A stretch of 64,000 nucleotides of DNA from an uncultured Dehalococcoidaceae bacterium (GCA_964493435.1 CAZBMB010000001.1:223486-287485), one strand, 5' to 3'; counted from the first letter of the stretch, positions 21,463 to 30,906 are shown. Notes: a model not told the origin generated them from the sequence alone. Made by a program: numbers and translations.

Positions 21463-22263
21463 TTAAGTATGTGCCTCGCCAAGCAATCGGCGCAGCTCCT
21501 TACCGTGTTGCTGGCACCACTGGTAGATGATGAAAAGGTCCCAGCCAATACAGAAGTGGCGGACACCCATATCAATGAATTCCCGAGCCTCTTTGAAGTC
21601 ATTAATTTCCACGCGAGGATGGACGCCTTTTTTGAGTGCCATCTCGATTACGTCCCTTTGTTTGCGCTGTAACTCGGAGCTGCCCATCTTGCCTACCCGA
21701 CCCGTGTTAACCGCGAAATCGCACGGGCCAAATTGAATCATGTCCAGGCCTTCAATTGAGAGCACCTCGTCCATCTGTTCCACCAGGCTTGCCTTTTCCA
21801 CCATAATGGCGATGACGGCGTCCCGGAGCGTTTTGACCCAGGCCTCGGTGCCAATCTCAAGGACGAAGTCAGTGATACGCCGGACGACGCAGCCCTGTAA
21901 GCCCTTGTCCTCTGGCGTGTCTGCCCTGACCATGCGGATGCATTCCCTGACTTCATCCGCAGTAGAGCATTCGGCGAACAGGATGTTCGGAATGCCGGCA
22001 CCGAGCGACCGACTGGTGATGAACAGTCGCGGGTCCGGCTCCACCTTCATCATGGAGGACATGTGGGGAAACAGGTCCACGGCGCGGGCGAAGTTGTCAA
22101 GCTGGGGAAGGCTCCAGGTGGCATACTGTCCGCTCAGCTCAATATAATCAAAGAGGCCGGAGTGCCCGATTACCTCAATAATCTCAGGCGATGTGGTTAT
22201 CACGTGGGTGCCGATGGTCGGCTTGCCGGCGTTCAGAAGCTCCCGGAGTCGGTTTTTTCTCAT
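21463..22263 (-). CDS. HpcH/HpaI aldolase / citrate-lyase-beta-like family protein
   Basis: 266 aa. The N-terminal pattern LRELLNAGKPTIGTHV...PEIIEVIGHSGLFDYIEL resembles class II 2-keto-3-deoxy-acid aldolases. This is a family-level call only. Confidence 0.55.
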   Translation of the reverse strand: MRKNRLRELLNAGKPTIGTHVITTSPEIIEVIGHSGLFDYIELSGQYATWSLPQLDNFARAVDLFPHMSSMMKVEPDPRLFITSRSLGAGIPNILFAECSTADEVRECIRMVRADTPEDKGLQGCVVRRITDFVLEIGTEAWVKTLRDAVIAIMVEKASLVEQMDEVLSIEGLDMIQFGPCDFAVNTGRVGKMGSSELQRKQRDVIEMALKKGVHPRVEINDFKEAREFIDMGVRHFCIGWDLFIIYQWCQQHGKELRRLLGEAHT

Positions 22264-22291
22264 GTCAATCTCCTGCTATTAATAGTCATAA

Positions 22292-23176
22292 TCAGGCCTT
22301 GGCCTTTTCATAAAGTTCGGCTGCCCGGTATGAGCTCCTGACCAGAGGTGACGAGGCCATCCCGGCGAACCCCATCTCCCGGCCGATGACTTCGTACTCG
22401 GCAAATTCCTCGGGGGGTATGAAGCGTACCACCGGATGGTGCCGGGCGGATGGCTGCAGATATTGCCCGATGGTCAGCAAGTCGCAGTCCGTTTCCCTGA
22501 GGTCGCCCATCACCTCAATGACTTCGTCCCGGCTCTCGCCGAGCCCGAGCATGAGACCGGACTTGGTGATGGTGGCTGGACTTGCCTTTTTCACCGTGTA
22601 GAGGAGTTCCAGTGACCGGGCGTAATCCGCTCCGGTTCTGACCTCGGGGTAGAGGCGGGGAACTGTTTCCACGTTATGATTGATGACCTGCGGGCCAGAC
22701 TCGATAACGGTGCGGATGGACTCCCCGGAGCCGCGGAAATCGGGCACGAGGACCTCAACGGTGATATCGGCCGCGTTTTCCCGGAGCAGGGTTACAGCCC
22801 GGCCAAACTGAGCGGCACCGCCGTCGGGCAGGTCATCTCTGGTGACCGAGGTGATGACAACGTAGGTCAGCCCCAGATCATTGACCGCCTCAAGCAAATG
22901 TTCCGGCTCTGTTTCATCAACTGGAGCGGGGTGCCCCTTCTTTACCGCGCAGAAGGTGCAGCGCCGGGTACACACATCGCCCAGAATGAGAAAGGTGGCC
23001 GTACCCGAGGTGAAGCACTTGCCGATGTTGGGGCAGAGGGCGCTCTGGCAGATGGTGTGCAGGCTCAACCCGCTCAGCAGGTCATGCATCGATGACATGA
23101 CGCCGGGCTCGGCCAGCCTCTGCTTAAACCAGGGAGGCAGTCTTCCTCTTGTCGTAGTTCTTGTCGTCTGAGCCAT
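22292..23176 (-). CDS. lipA: lipoyl synthase
   Basis: 294 aa; auxiliary cluster CQSALCPNIGKC and radical-SAM CTRRCTFCAV. Confidence 0.93.
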   Translation of the reverse strand: MAQTTRTTTRGRLPPWFKQRLAEPGVMSSMHDLLSGLSLHTICQSALCPNIGKCFTSGTATFLILGDVCTRRCTFCAVKKGHPAPVDETEPEHLLEAVNDLGLTYVVITSVTRDDLPDGGAAQFGRAVTLLRENAADITVEVLVPDFRGSGESIRTVIESGPQVINHNVETVPRLYPEVRTGADYARSLELLYTVKKASPATITKSGLMLGLGESRDEVIEVMGDLRETDCDLLTIGQYLQPSARHHPVVRFIPPEEFAEYEVIGREMGFAGMASSPLVRSSYRAAELYEKAKA

Positions 23177-23843
23177 TCATGAACCTCAATTCTACTTTGA
23201 AAACCTCGGCAAAGCGGTTCAGCAAACGTTCCGTTACCTCGTCATTCGGCGGCTCATAGCCGAGAAGTCGGGCCATGGAAGTCGCCGTTTTATTGGTGAA
23301 ACCGCAGGGATTTATCAGGGAAAAATGGTCAAGGTCAGTGTTCACATTCAGGGCAAAACCGTGCATGGTAATCCATTTGCGGACGCTGAGTCCGAGGGCA
23401 GCTATCTCCATGTCATTCACCCAGACGCCGGCGTGGTTGTGGTCACGCCCCGACTTTATACCATAGTCGGCCAGCGTCCTGATGAGCACTTCTTCCAGGC
23501 TGTGGACATACTGGTGGATATCACGTTCCCGCCCTCGCAGGTCCAGGATGGGATAGCCGACAATCTGCCCCGGGCCGTGATAGGTAACGTCGCCGCCGCG
23601 GTCGGTGAAGATTAAAGACACGCCCGCGCTGGCCAATCCTGTCGGCGATTCCAGAATGTTTTCTAGCTTGCCCGACTTGCCCACGGTGATGGTGGGGGGG
23701 TGCTCCAGGAGAAGCAGCGTATCGGCTATCCGGCCATTTAATCTCTCCTGTAGCAGTTCTTTCTGCAGCTCATAAGCCTCGCGGTATTCAATCTGCCCGA
23801 GCTGGCGGACTTCGCACCACATACTTTGCTCCACTTTCTTCAC
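23124..23843 (-). CDS. lipB: octanoyltransferase (lipoyl(octanoyl) transferase) LipB
   Basis: 239 aa; LLLLEHPPTITVGKSG, DRGGDVTYHGPGQ, and KIAALG-like EIAALGLSVRKWITMHGFALN. An alternative start is at 23822. The 3' end overlaps lipA by 53 nt. Confidence 0.9.
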   Translation of the reverse strand: MKKVEQSMWCEVRQLGQIEYREAYELQKELLQERLNGRIADTLLLLEHPPTITVGKSGKLENILESPTGLASAGVSLIFTDRGGDVTYHGPGQIVGYPILDLRGRERDIHQYVHSLEEVLIRTLADYGIKSGRDHNHAGVWVNDMEIAALGLSVRKWITMHGFALNVNTDLDHFSLINPCGFTNKTATSMARLLGYEPPNDEVTERLLNRFAEVFKVELRFMNGSDDKNYDKRKTASLV

Positions 23844-25249
23844 TGCCTGTTCTTTGAAGGGTAGTGTATCGTTTCGCCGGTGACATCAAGGGCGGCCTCA
23901 TGCATGGCCTCGGAGAGTGAGGGGTGGGCATGCAGGGTGGCGACGATGTCCGGCACGGTAGCTTCCATCTTCATGGCCAGTGTGGCTTCGGCGATGAGTT
24001 CGGTGGCCCGGGGTCCGAGGGTATGGACACCGAGAATCTGACCATATTTCGGCTCGGAGATGATTTTAATCAGGCCGCGCCGCTCGCCAAGTATGGTGGC
24101 GATGCTGTTGGCGGCGAAGGGAAACCTGCCTATTTTTATCTCATGGCCCTGCGCTCTGGCCTCTTCCTCGGTGAGGCCGACGCTGGCCAGTTCCATCAGG
24201 CTGTGCGCGAAACGCGGGACAACATCATAATTTATGGAAGCGCTGCGACCCATGGCATTTTCGGCGGCGATGATGCCCTCTTCCATGGCAACGTAGGCGA
24301 GCATGATGCCGCCGGCGGCATCGCCCGCGGCGTATATACCCGGAGTCCCGGTCTCCATGCGTTCGTTGACTTGGATGGCGCCTTTATTGAGCTTTATGCC
24401 AGGCTCCTCAAGACCAAGGCCGTCAGTGTTAGGACGGTACCCCACGGCGATGGCCACCATTTCCGCTTCCAGTTTCCCTTCCGTTTTGCCATCCGAGATA
24501 ACGGCGGTTTTGCCGCCAGCGCTGTCCTCAATCTGGGCTACTTTGGTGCCCTCGTATAGCTGAATGCCGTCATCTTTCAGCGCTTTGGCCAGTATCGCCG
24601 TAAGCTCGGCATCTTCCAGAGGCAGGATGTGGGGCAGCATCTCCACCACACTTACCTGACAGCCGAGTTTGGACAGTATGGTGGCCATCTCAATGCCGAT
24701 GACCCCGCCGCCAATCATTATCATGCTCCTGGGAACGCTTTCCAGGTTGAGGATTTTTTCGGCACTTATGATGCCCGACGGGCTATCCGCGCCCGGGATG
24801 GGCAGAGTTATCGGTTTGCCACCGGTGGCCAGTATTATTTTCTGGGCCTGAATGACCTGTTTCTGGCCGTCTCCGCTTTGAATCTCCACCTGCCGGGAGG
24901 GCATCAACTTGGCACGGCCACTGATAATTTCCACCTTGTGCCCATTCAGCAGGCTCTCCACGCCAGAGACGTGGGTTTTAATCACCGTGTTCTTGCGCGC
25001 CTGCATTTTAGCCAGGTCGGCACTGATATCCTTGGCGGTGATGCCAAACTGGTCGGACTTCTGCATGGTCTCATAGAGCTCAGCGCTGTGCAGCAGCGTT
25101 TTCGACGGTACGCAGCCGCGGTTGAGACAGGTGCCGCCGAGAGCATCCATCTCAATAACGGTAGCCCGGCCGCCCAGCTGCGACGCCCTGATGGCCGCTA
25201 CATAGCCCGCCGGTCCACCACCGATGATAACCAGCCCTCTTTCTTCCAC
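23840..25249 (-). CDS. lpdA: dihydrolipoyl dehydrogenase (E3)
   Basis: 469 aa; FAD fingerprint IIGGGPAGY, redox disulfide GGTCLNRGCVPSK, C-terminal HAHPSLSE. Confidence 0.93.
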   Translation of the reverse strand: MEERGLVIIGGGPAGYVAAIRASQLGGRATVIEMDALGGTCLNRGCVPSKTLLHSAELYETMQKSDQFGITAKDISADLAKMQARKNTVIKTHVSGVESLLNGHKVEIISGRAKLMPSRQVEIQSGDGQKQVIQAQKIILATGGKPITLPIPGADSPSGIISAEKILNLESVPRSMIMIGGGVIGIEMATILSKLGCQVSVVEMLPHILPLEDAELTAILAKALKDDGIQLYEGTKVAQIEDSAGGKTAVISDGKTEGKLEAEMVAIAVGYRPNTDGLGLEEPGIKLNKGAIQVNERMETGTPGIYAAGDAAGGIMLAYVAMEEGIIAAENAMGRSASINYDVVPRFAHSLMELASVGLTEEEARAQGHEIKIGRFPFAANSIATILGERRGLIKIISEPKYGQILGVHTLGPRATELIAEATLAMKMEATVPDIVATLHAHPSLSEAMHEAALDVTGETIHYPSKNRQ

Positions 25250-25302
25250 GAAAAACCTCCCGTGAATAACGTACGATAAAGCTGATTCAGTTCTGCTTAG
25301 CC

Positions 25303-25641
25303 CTACGCGGCAAATTCATCAACCGCTTTCTGCACCAGTTGCAGATAGGCCAGAGATGGCCCGCCGCCCATCTGCACGGCCACCCAACCGGCTTCCATGA
25401 CCTGTTCTTTGGTGGCGCCATGGGCGAGCGCGCTCTTCACATTGGCCCCAATGCACCAGTGACAGTGCTCGGTAACGGCGATACCAACAGCAATGAGATA
25501 TTTGTATTTCTGTTCCAGTGCCCCCGGCGCTTTGGCGGCCTGGGTCAGTGCCGTAAAGCCCTGACGCTGCTGTGGCCATTCTTTTGTCCAGCGTGCTACG
25601 TTGGCATCGAACTCCGCCACGACTTCCTTCATGTTTTCCAC
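25303..25641 (-). CDS. carboxymuconolactone decarboxylase / AhpD-like family protein with a CxxC motif
   Basis: 112 aa. The EHCHWC motif sits in a helical context typical of the CMD/AhpD family. The gene lies between the E2 and E3 genes. Confidence 0.65.
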   Translation of the reverse strand: MENMKEVVAEFDANVARWTKEWPQQRQGFTALTQAAKAPGALEQKYKYLIAVGIAVTEHCHWCIGANVKSALAHGATKEQVMEAGWVAVQMGGGPSLAYLQLVQKAVDEFAA

Positions 25642-25676
25642 TTTGGTTCTTGCCCTCCTTAATGTATTATATATGG

Positions 25677-26948
25677 TCAGGCCAGAAGTAGCGTTGGGTT
25701 CTCCAGAGCGCTGATAAGGCTTGACATGAATTTTGCGGCCACGGCACCATCGATGACGCGGTGGTCATACGTCAGGCTGTAGGTCATGATTGGTCTGGCA
25801 ACTATTTGTCCGTCCCTGACCACGGCCCGCTCGGTAATCGCCCCGACGCGCAGAATTGCCGATTCCGGCTGGTTGATGATGGCGGTCTCAAAGGTCCAGC
25901 CGCTGCCGAGGGCGCCCAGATTGGTCAGGGTGAAGGTGCCGCCGCTGATATCGTCACCGCCCAGCTTGTTCTCCCTGGCTTTTTCAACGAGCGCTTTTAT
26001 CTCCTGGCTTATCTCCGCCAGTGATTTCCGGTCGGCTTGCTTTACCACCGGGACAATGAGCCCGTCTTCCAGGGCGGTGGCCACGCCCACATTGATGTCT
26101 TCCCAGACTGCAATCTCCTTGCCGACAATGCTGGCGTTGATTTTCGGGTTGGTTTTCAGTAAGCGGGCGATGGCAAAGACGAGGATATCGGTATAGGTAA
26201 TGCGGGTACCCAGAGTGCTTTCCTGTGCCACCAGGTTACTGCGCAGCCTGACAATCTCGCTCATATCGACTTCGCCCATAGCGGTAAGCTGAGCCGATAT
26301 GGCAAGGCTCTGGTGCATGCGCTCGGCGATGGTGCCCCGCATTCCGGTAAGCGGTATGGTCTGTTTGACCTTTCGGTCTCCAATGACCGTGGCCGGAGCT
26401 GCGGCTGGTGCCGTGGGAGCTGGTGCCGGAGCCGCCCCTTTATCGGCGATTGCCTTTTCTATATCCTCGCGGACGATTCTGCCGGCCGGTCCCGTGCCTG
26501 TCACCCGGGTGATATCAACGGCATGTTCCTCGGCCAGTTTTCTGGCCACAGGCGAGATGCGGACGCGTTCTCCCTCGCTGCCAGCAGGGGCAGCATCTTC
26601 GGGAGGCGCCGCCTCGGCTTGTGGCGCCTCAGCGGCCACCGGTTCGGCTGCCTTCGCTGCTTCGGCCGGTTTCCCTGCGGGTGCCCCTTTTTGTACTTTG
26701 GCCAGCTCATCTTCAGTTTCCGCCAGCAGACCGATTACCTGCCCGGCTGGGGCTGTCTCACCTTCGTTTATAATGATATGCAGGAAGCCCGTGGCCGGAG
26801 ATTCGACTTCGGTCCTGACTTTCTCCGTCTCAATAACCACCACTATCTGGCGTTCTTCTACCCGGTCTCCTTCTTTGGACTGCCATTCAATGATGGTGGC
26901 ATCGGCAACTGCCATGCCAACACGCGGTATTTTAATTTCTGTGGCCAT
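25677..26948 (-). CDS. 2-oxoacid dehydrogenase complex E2 (dihydrolipoamide acyltransferase)
   Basis: 423 aa; lipoyl domain (IETEKVRTEVESP), Ala/Pro linkers, E3-binding domain (RISPVARKLAEEH), catalytic DHRVIDGA. Confidence 0.92.
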   Translation of the reverse strand: MATEIKIPRVGMAVADATIIEWQSKEGDRVEERQIVVVIETEKVRTEVESPATGFLHIIINEGETAPAGQVIGLLAETEDELAKVQKGAPAGKPAEAAKAAEPVAAEAPQAEAAPPEDAAPAGSEGERVRISPVARKLAEEHAVDITRVTGTGPAGRIVREDIEKAIADKGAAPAPAPTAPAAAPATVIGDRKVKQTIPLTGMRGTIAERMHQSLAISAQLTAMGEVDMSEIVRLRSNLVAQESTLGTRITYTDILVFAIARLLKTNPKINASIVGKEIAVWEDINVGVATALEDGLIVPVVKQADRKSLAEISQEIKALVEKARENKLGGDDISGGTFTLTNLGALGSGWTFETAIINQPESAILRVGAITERAVVRDGQIVARPIMTYSLTYDHRVIDGAVAAKFMSSLISALENPTLLLA

Positions 26949-26968
26949 CTTTCTCCCCTCTCAGTATC

Positions 26969-27961
26969 TTATTCTTTGAAGAAGCCCTGTGCCACCGCCG
27001 CACGGATGGTTTTCTCAATGTTGACCACCAGTGGGCCATCATGCTGAAGTCGGATTTTAATCTCGTCAGAGGTTTTGACGGTGACCTCTCGCTCCCCATC
27101 CAGGGCGATAACTGAAGGCCTGTGTTTTACCGGCACTTCATCGCCGGGTTCAAGCAGTTTCCATTCGGCAATACTGACTTCGTGGATAACCCCGGGCAGC
27201 ACGGCTGCTTTTACCTTGAGGTGGCCTTTGCCAAGCCTCAGGTACATTCCCTGAGCATCGTCAGGCCCTACGGGATGCAGGTTCCCTCCGATGGCGGTCA
27301 TGCCTAGGTTGGTTGGTTCTGCCCTGGTACAGACTATCTGCTTTATTTCCGGTAGCTCCCAGATGGCCCGCGCCCCAACGAATAGCTGATTTAACACTAC
27401 GGCATCGATTAAGGCCATGTCAATCACGCGTCCGTCTTGTATGACAGTGAGGCGTTTATGGGTCTTGATTATGTCTTTATTATTGACCAGCTTCCGGGCG
27501 ACGATGCCGGCGGCCAGGCCGGCCATGGTGGCTTCAACCATCTCGGGGAAGACGTTATTGGTGCCGGTGGAAATCGGGACCAGCGGTATGTTCCCGCTTT
27601 TTTTAGCCACATCGCGGTTGGTGCCATCTCCGCCGAGAGTGACAATGCAGCTCACACCCTGTTTGACCATCAGTTCCGTGGCGCGGGTGGAGTCCTCACT
27701 GGTGTAACTGATGGTCATGTCCATGATGGAGACCTCAGCCTTCAGCTTCTTCCGGCTGATGCCGTCCAGAGCTCTCTGCCCGAGCCCGTAATAATCGGGC
27801 ATAATCAGGATACGGTCAGCGCCAATGGCGTCAATGCCCATGATGATACGTCGCAGCTGGTTGGTCTTTTCCGTGTTGTCCATTATGCTGGCATAGGCGA
27901 CCAGCCTTCTGATATCCTTTCCGGAAGCCGGATTGGCGATTATGCCTATCTTACTTTCCAC
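26969..27961 (-). CDS. ATP-NAD kinase family protein (AcoX-like)
   Basis: 330 aa; IANPASGKD... and the GGDGT diacylglycerol/NAD-kinase motif. The position next to E2 recalls acoX of acetoin dehydrogenase operons. Confidence 0.65.
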   Translation of the reverse strand: MESKIGIIANPASGKDIRRLVAYASIMDNTEKTNQLRRIIMGIDAIGADRILIMPDYYGLGQRALDGISRKKLKAEVSIMDMTISYTSEDSTRATELMVKQGVSCIVTLGGDGTNRDVAKKSGNIPLVPISTGTNNVFPEMVEATMAGLAAGIVARKLVNNKDIIKTHKRLTVIQDGRVIDMALIDAVVLNQLFVGARAIWELPEIKQIVCTRAEPTNLGMTAIGGNLHPVGPDDAQGMYLRLGKGHLKVKAAVLPGVIHEVSIAEWKLLEPGDEVPVKHRPSVIALDGEREVTVKTSDEIKIRLQHDGPLVVNIEKTIRAAVAQGFFKE

Positions 27962-27985
27962 AAAAACTCAACCACCGTGAACCGC

Positions 27986-28960
27986 TTATTTTATTAAATG
28001 GCAGTTAACGCAGCTGGGCATCGCTTTGCCCTTAAGTGCGGCGATGACGTTTTCCGCTGCCAGCATATCCATTTTCAGCCGTGACAGCGCTGAAGCCCCG
28101 GCAATGTGCGGGGCGATTATTATATTGTCCAGCGTGAGCAGCGGGTCATCGGGTGCGATTGGCTCCACTTCGGTGACGTCGATGGCGGCGGCATGTATCT
28201 GTTTGCTCTTTAGCGCATTGTACAGCGCCTTCGGGTCAACGAGTCCGCCCCGGGCGGTATTGATAAGTATTGCCGTGGGTTTCATGGCGGCTAATTCCCT
28301 GGCGCCAATCAGGTGCCTGGTCTTATCGTTCAGCGGTACATGGATGCTGACGTAGTCAGCCATGCCCAGCATTTTATACAGGTCCGGGATAAATTCAGCG
28401 CCGAGTTCTTTTTCTTTCGGGTTGCGTACGATGTCGTGATAGAGAATCTTCATGTCAAAGCCGCGGGCCCGCCTGGCGACTTTCGAGCCTATTCTGCCCA
28501 TGCCAACGATGCCCAGTGTATTCTCGTAAACGTCATGTCCGAGGTACGGGCTCTCCATGGGGCCGAATCTCTGCCAACCTCCCTTCATGGTTGTGTTGAC
28601 CGCATCTACAAGCTGCCGCGCCGAGGCTAGCATCAGGGCAATGGCGAAATCGGCGGTGCTATCGTCGACGCCGCTGGGCGCGTTGCTCACGCGGACTCCT
28701 CTCCTTGCGCATTCTTCGGTGTCTATGAGGTCGAAGCCGATGGCGCGCTGCGCAACGACTTTCAGGTTCGGTGCATGGTCCAAGAACTCTCCATCCACTT
28801 TGTCCTGCCAGGCAACCACGCCATCGACGTCGGCGATGTTCTGGAAAAGTTCTTCGCGGCTGGGCGCATCTTCTTTCTGCCGGGCGGTGACCTCGGCGTG
28901 CTTCTTGAGCAGGTCGATGGCCTCCGTACGGATTGCGCGGGTAATGTGAACTTTGGGCAT
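27986..28960 (-). CDS. D-isomer-specific 2-hydroxyacid dehydrogenase (glyoxylate/hydroxypyruvate reductase-like)
   Basis: 324 aa; NAD fold GIVGMGRIGSKVARRA; the catalytic R/E/H context (NTARGGLVD, PHIAGAS) is conserved. Confidence 0.85.
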   Translation of the reverse strand: MPKVHITRAIRTEAIDLLKKHAEVTARQKEDAPSREELFQNIADVDGVVAWQDKVDGEFLDHAPNLKVVAQRAIGFDLIDTEECARRGVRVSNAPSGVDDSTADFAIALMLASARQLVDAVNTTMKGGWQRFGPMESPYLGHDVYENTLGIVGMGRIGSKVARRARGFDMKILYHDIVRNPKEKELGAEFIPDLYKMLGMADYVSIHVPLNDKTRHLIGARELAAMKPTAILINTARGGLVDPKALYNALKSKQIHAAAIDVTEVEPIAPDDPLLTLDNIIIAPHIAGASALSRLKMDMLAAENVIAALKGKAMPSCVNCHLIK

Positions 28961-29004
28961 TATAACCTCCTGCCGTCCATATTGTTTTAACTGAGTCCGT
29001 CAGT

Positions 29005-29574
29005 TTATCGAATCGGGAAATACGGGTTCTTACCCATCGCCGCAAGCGGGACGCCAACAACAAAGTCGGCGTCCATGAGCTTGATTCTGCGGCTGGCGGC
29101 GCCAATGGAGTACATCATTCGGTTATCAATATTTAACTCACTGGCAGCCTTGACCGCTGAGCCAAGGGCAATGCCTAGGTCGATGCTCTGCATGTGGCAC
29201 ATCGGGCCGCGCATCATGCCTTGGTCTCGCTTCTTTGACTTCACCATGCCCGGACAGTCCATGCCGCAGGCGCCGCAGTTCAGCGGCGATTCAACGCGTT
29301 TGGGCTCACCGGTTACGCCGATGAGCAGCACCGCTGTCGACTTTCTGACCTCGTTGGCGTTTCGCTGGAAGAAGTCGAGCCTTTCCGGGTCCTCACGGGA
29401 AATCCCTTCCATGGCTGTGGCCAGCTTTTCCAGTTCCTCCCGTTCATGAAGAATGAGCGTCTTAATTGAGTCAAGACCCCTGCCTTTGGGGGCGGTGCGG
29501 GCGCTGACCGCCATCAGTTTTGCAGCGGTGAGAATCCCTTCTTTCTCCGCTTCATTCGAATTTATCGGTGCCAT
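29005..29574 (-). CDS. DUF2148-like ferredoxin-domain protein (hypothetical)
   Basis: 189 aa. LTAAKLMAVSARTAPKGRGLD and the CGACGMDC motif match my recollection of DUF2148. Not verifiable here. Confidence 0.45.
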   Translation of the reverse strand: MAPINSNEAEKEGILTAAKLMAVSARTAPKGRGLDSIKTLILHEREELEKLATAMEGISREDPERLDFFQRNANEVRKSTAVLLIGVTGEPKRVESPLNCGACGMDCPGMVKSKKRDQGMMRGPMCHMQSIDLGIALGSAVKAASELNIDNRMMYSIGAASRRIKLMDADFVVGVPLAAMGKNPYFPIR

Positions 29575-29627
29575 AAATATCTACCCCCCTCTCAAGATTT
29601 ACCGTTCCGTGCTGAATATGATGATTC

Positions 29628-29648
29628 TGACCGATGAATAATCGGTCA
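29628..29648. promoter_or_regulatory. Perfect 8-bp inverted repeat TGACCGAT-N5-ATCGGTCA (candidate operator)
   Basis: Read directly from the sequence, 54-74 nt upstream of the DUF2148-like gene start (29574, minus strand). Confidence 0.35.
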
Positions 29649-29739
29649 TGATTTTAATACAATTATATCTGAAAACAGCCCTTAAGCCAGAAATTGAATA
29701 TCGCTGCTCCCAAACCAGCACTGCCTCTGTCGCTCTTCA

Positions 29740-30771
29740 TTAATTGTCCCAGCCGTCCATGTCGGCGATTGCCTGACAGAGGACATCCACCGCTCGCCCG
29801 GCGTTGCTCAAATCGGCCACTTCAGTTGGGGAATGGCTGTACCTTCTGGCCGCCACGAACATGAACGTCGACTCAACCTCCGGGTTTACCTCATAGGCAA
29901 TGTTATGGTCGGAGAAAATCCCGGTGCTCACGTCGACGTGAAACGGTATGTTCTTTTTTCTGGCGGCGTCTATAAGAAGCTGGTTCAAGCGGGGGCTGGC
30001 AAAATTGACCGTGGCCGGGTAGGGGACCGTAGGCTGGGCGAAGGCAAGGCGGCGCACACCCAGTCCGGTGTTCATCGGCACCGTACGCTGTATATCGGGC
30101 ACGGCATCCTGGGCAAAGCCGGTGTCCAGGGCGATGAACCAGTCTGGTGTTACCTTTCGCAAGAAATGCCGGACCCCGAAACAGCCTATCTCCTCCTGGA
30201 CCGCACCAACGAAGTAAATATCATGACGTGGTGGCTTGGTCAGGCTTCGGGCTACCTCAACGAGAACGGCACAGCCCACCCGGTCATCAATGGAGTGGCT
30301 GGCCAGTATCGTTTTCTCGTCATTGAGCCAGCGCGGCGGGTGATCGTAAACAATGGGGTCCCCCACCGAGACCAATTTCTGCCTGTCGCCAACGTCTATC
30401 CACAGGGCACCCATTTCCCGGCGGCCGACAGTGCTGCTGGCACAGACCACGCCGGGGATATCCCGCTCGGCGCCAAGGATGAGCACCGGGGTGCCGGGCA
30501 GGTTGTTGAAATCAATCCAGCCTATCTTATCAAACCAGACAAATTCATCTACCTTCTGCACTACCATGCTGACCTGATCCGTGTGAGCTACCAGCGCCAG
30601 CGAGTGCTTCCCTTCGGTTCCCTTTTTCCTGGCGATGAGGTTGCCGATTTTATCTATATACATTTCGTCTACGTGAGCTTTAAGCAGCTCTTGGAGACGA
30701 TTGGCCACCCGACCTTCAAAACCGGTGGGACCTGGAATTTGAACCAGTTCAAAGACTAAGTCACCTATCAT
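29740..30771 (-). CDS. M42 family metallopeptidase (glutamyl aminopeptidase / FrvX-like)
   Basis: 343 aa; LVQIPGPTGFEGRV N-terminus, HTDQV, DDRVGC and QEEIG metal-ligand contexts. Confidence 0.8.
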   Translation of the reverse strand: MIGDLVFELVQIPGPTGFEGRVANRLQELLKAHVDEMYIDKIGNLIARKKGTEGKHSLALVAHTDQVSMVVQKVDEFVWFDKIGWIDFNNLPGTPVLILGAERDIPGVVCASSTVGRREMGALWIDVGDRQKLVSVGDPIVYDHPPRWLNDEKTILASHSIDDRVGCAVLVEVARSLTKPPRHDIYFVGAVQEEIGCFGVRHFLRKVTPDWFIALDTGFAQDAVPDIQRTVPMNTGLGVRRLAFAQPTVPYPATVNFASPRLNQLLIDAARKKNIPFHVDVSTGIFSDHNIAYEVNPEVESTFMFVAARRYSHSPTEVADLSNAGRAVDVLCQAIADMDGWDN

Positions 30772-30906
30772 AACAGACCTCTTTGAGTTTAATAACCAGA
30801 AATAGCCACCAAAAAGAAATCATAGCATTGCCCTTTCTGATGTGTCAAACCAGCGGGAAGCCGGCGTTAGTCTCTGAGTGATAAGATTTCATGCAGGCAA
30901 TATTTG

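Noticed and set aside
23124-23176. 53-nt overlap between the lipB 3' end and the lipA 5' end as a possible frameshift or fusion
   Set aside because: Both frames give complete, canonical proteins. The lipA N-terminus contains the conserved PPWFKQRL, and lipB has all its motifs before the overlap. It is most simply a long translational-coupling overlap or a slightly later lipA start.
26299-27047. Two long + strand ORFs (226 and 244 aa) antisense to the E2 gene
   Set aside because: They coincide with the Ala/Pro-rich linker region of E2, and high GC suppresses stop codons on the opposite strand. They have no recognisable motifs and no RBS.
29833-30759. 308-aa + strand ORF covering almost the whole M42 peptidase gene
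   Set aside because: The minus-strand product has clear M42 motifs. The antisense translation has none and is typical of shadow ORFs in GC-rich genes. Similar shadow ORFs at 38745-39464, 54091-54669, 23924-24559 and 24629-25279 were dismissed for the same reason.
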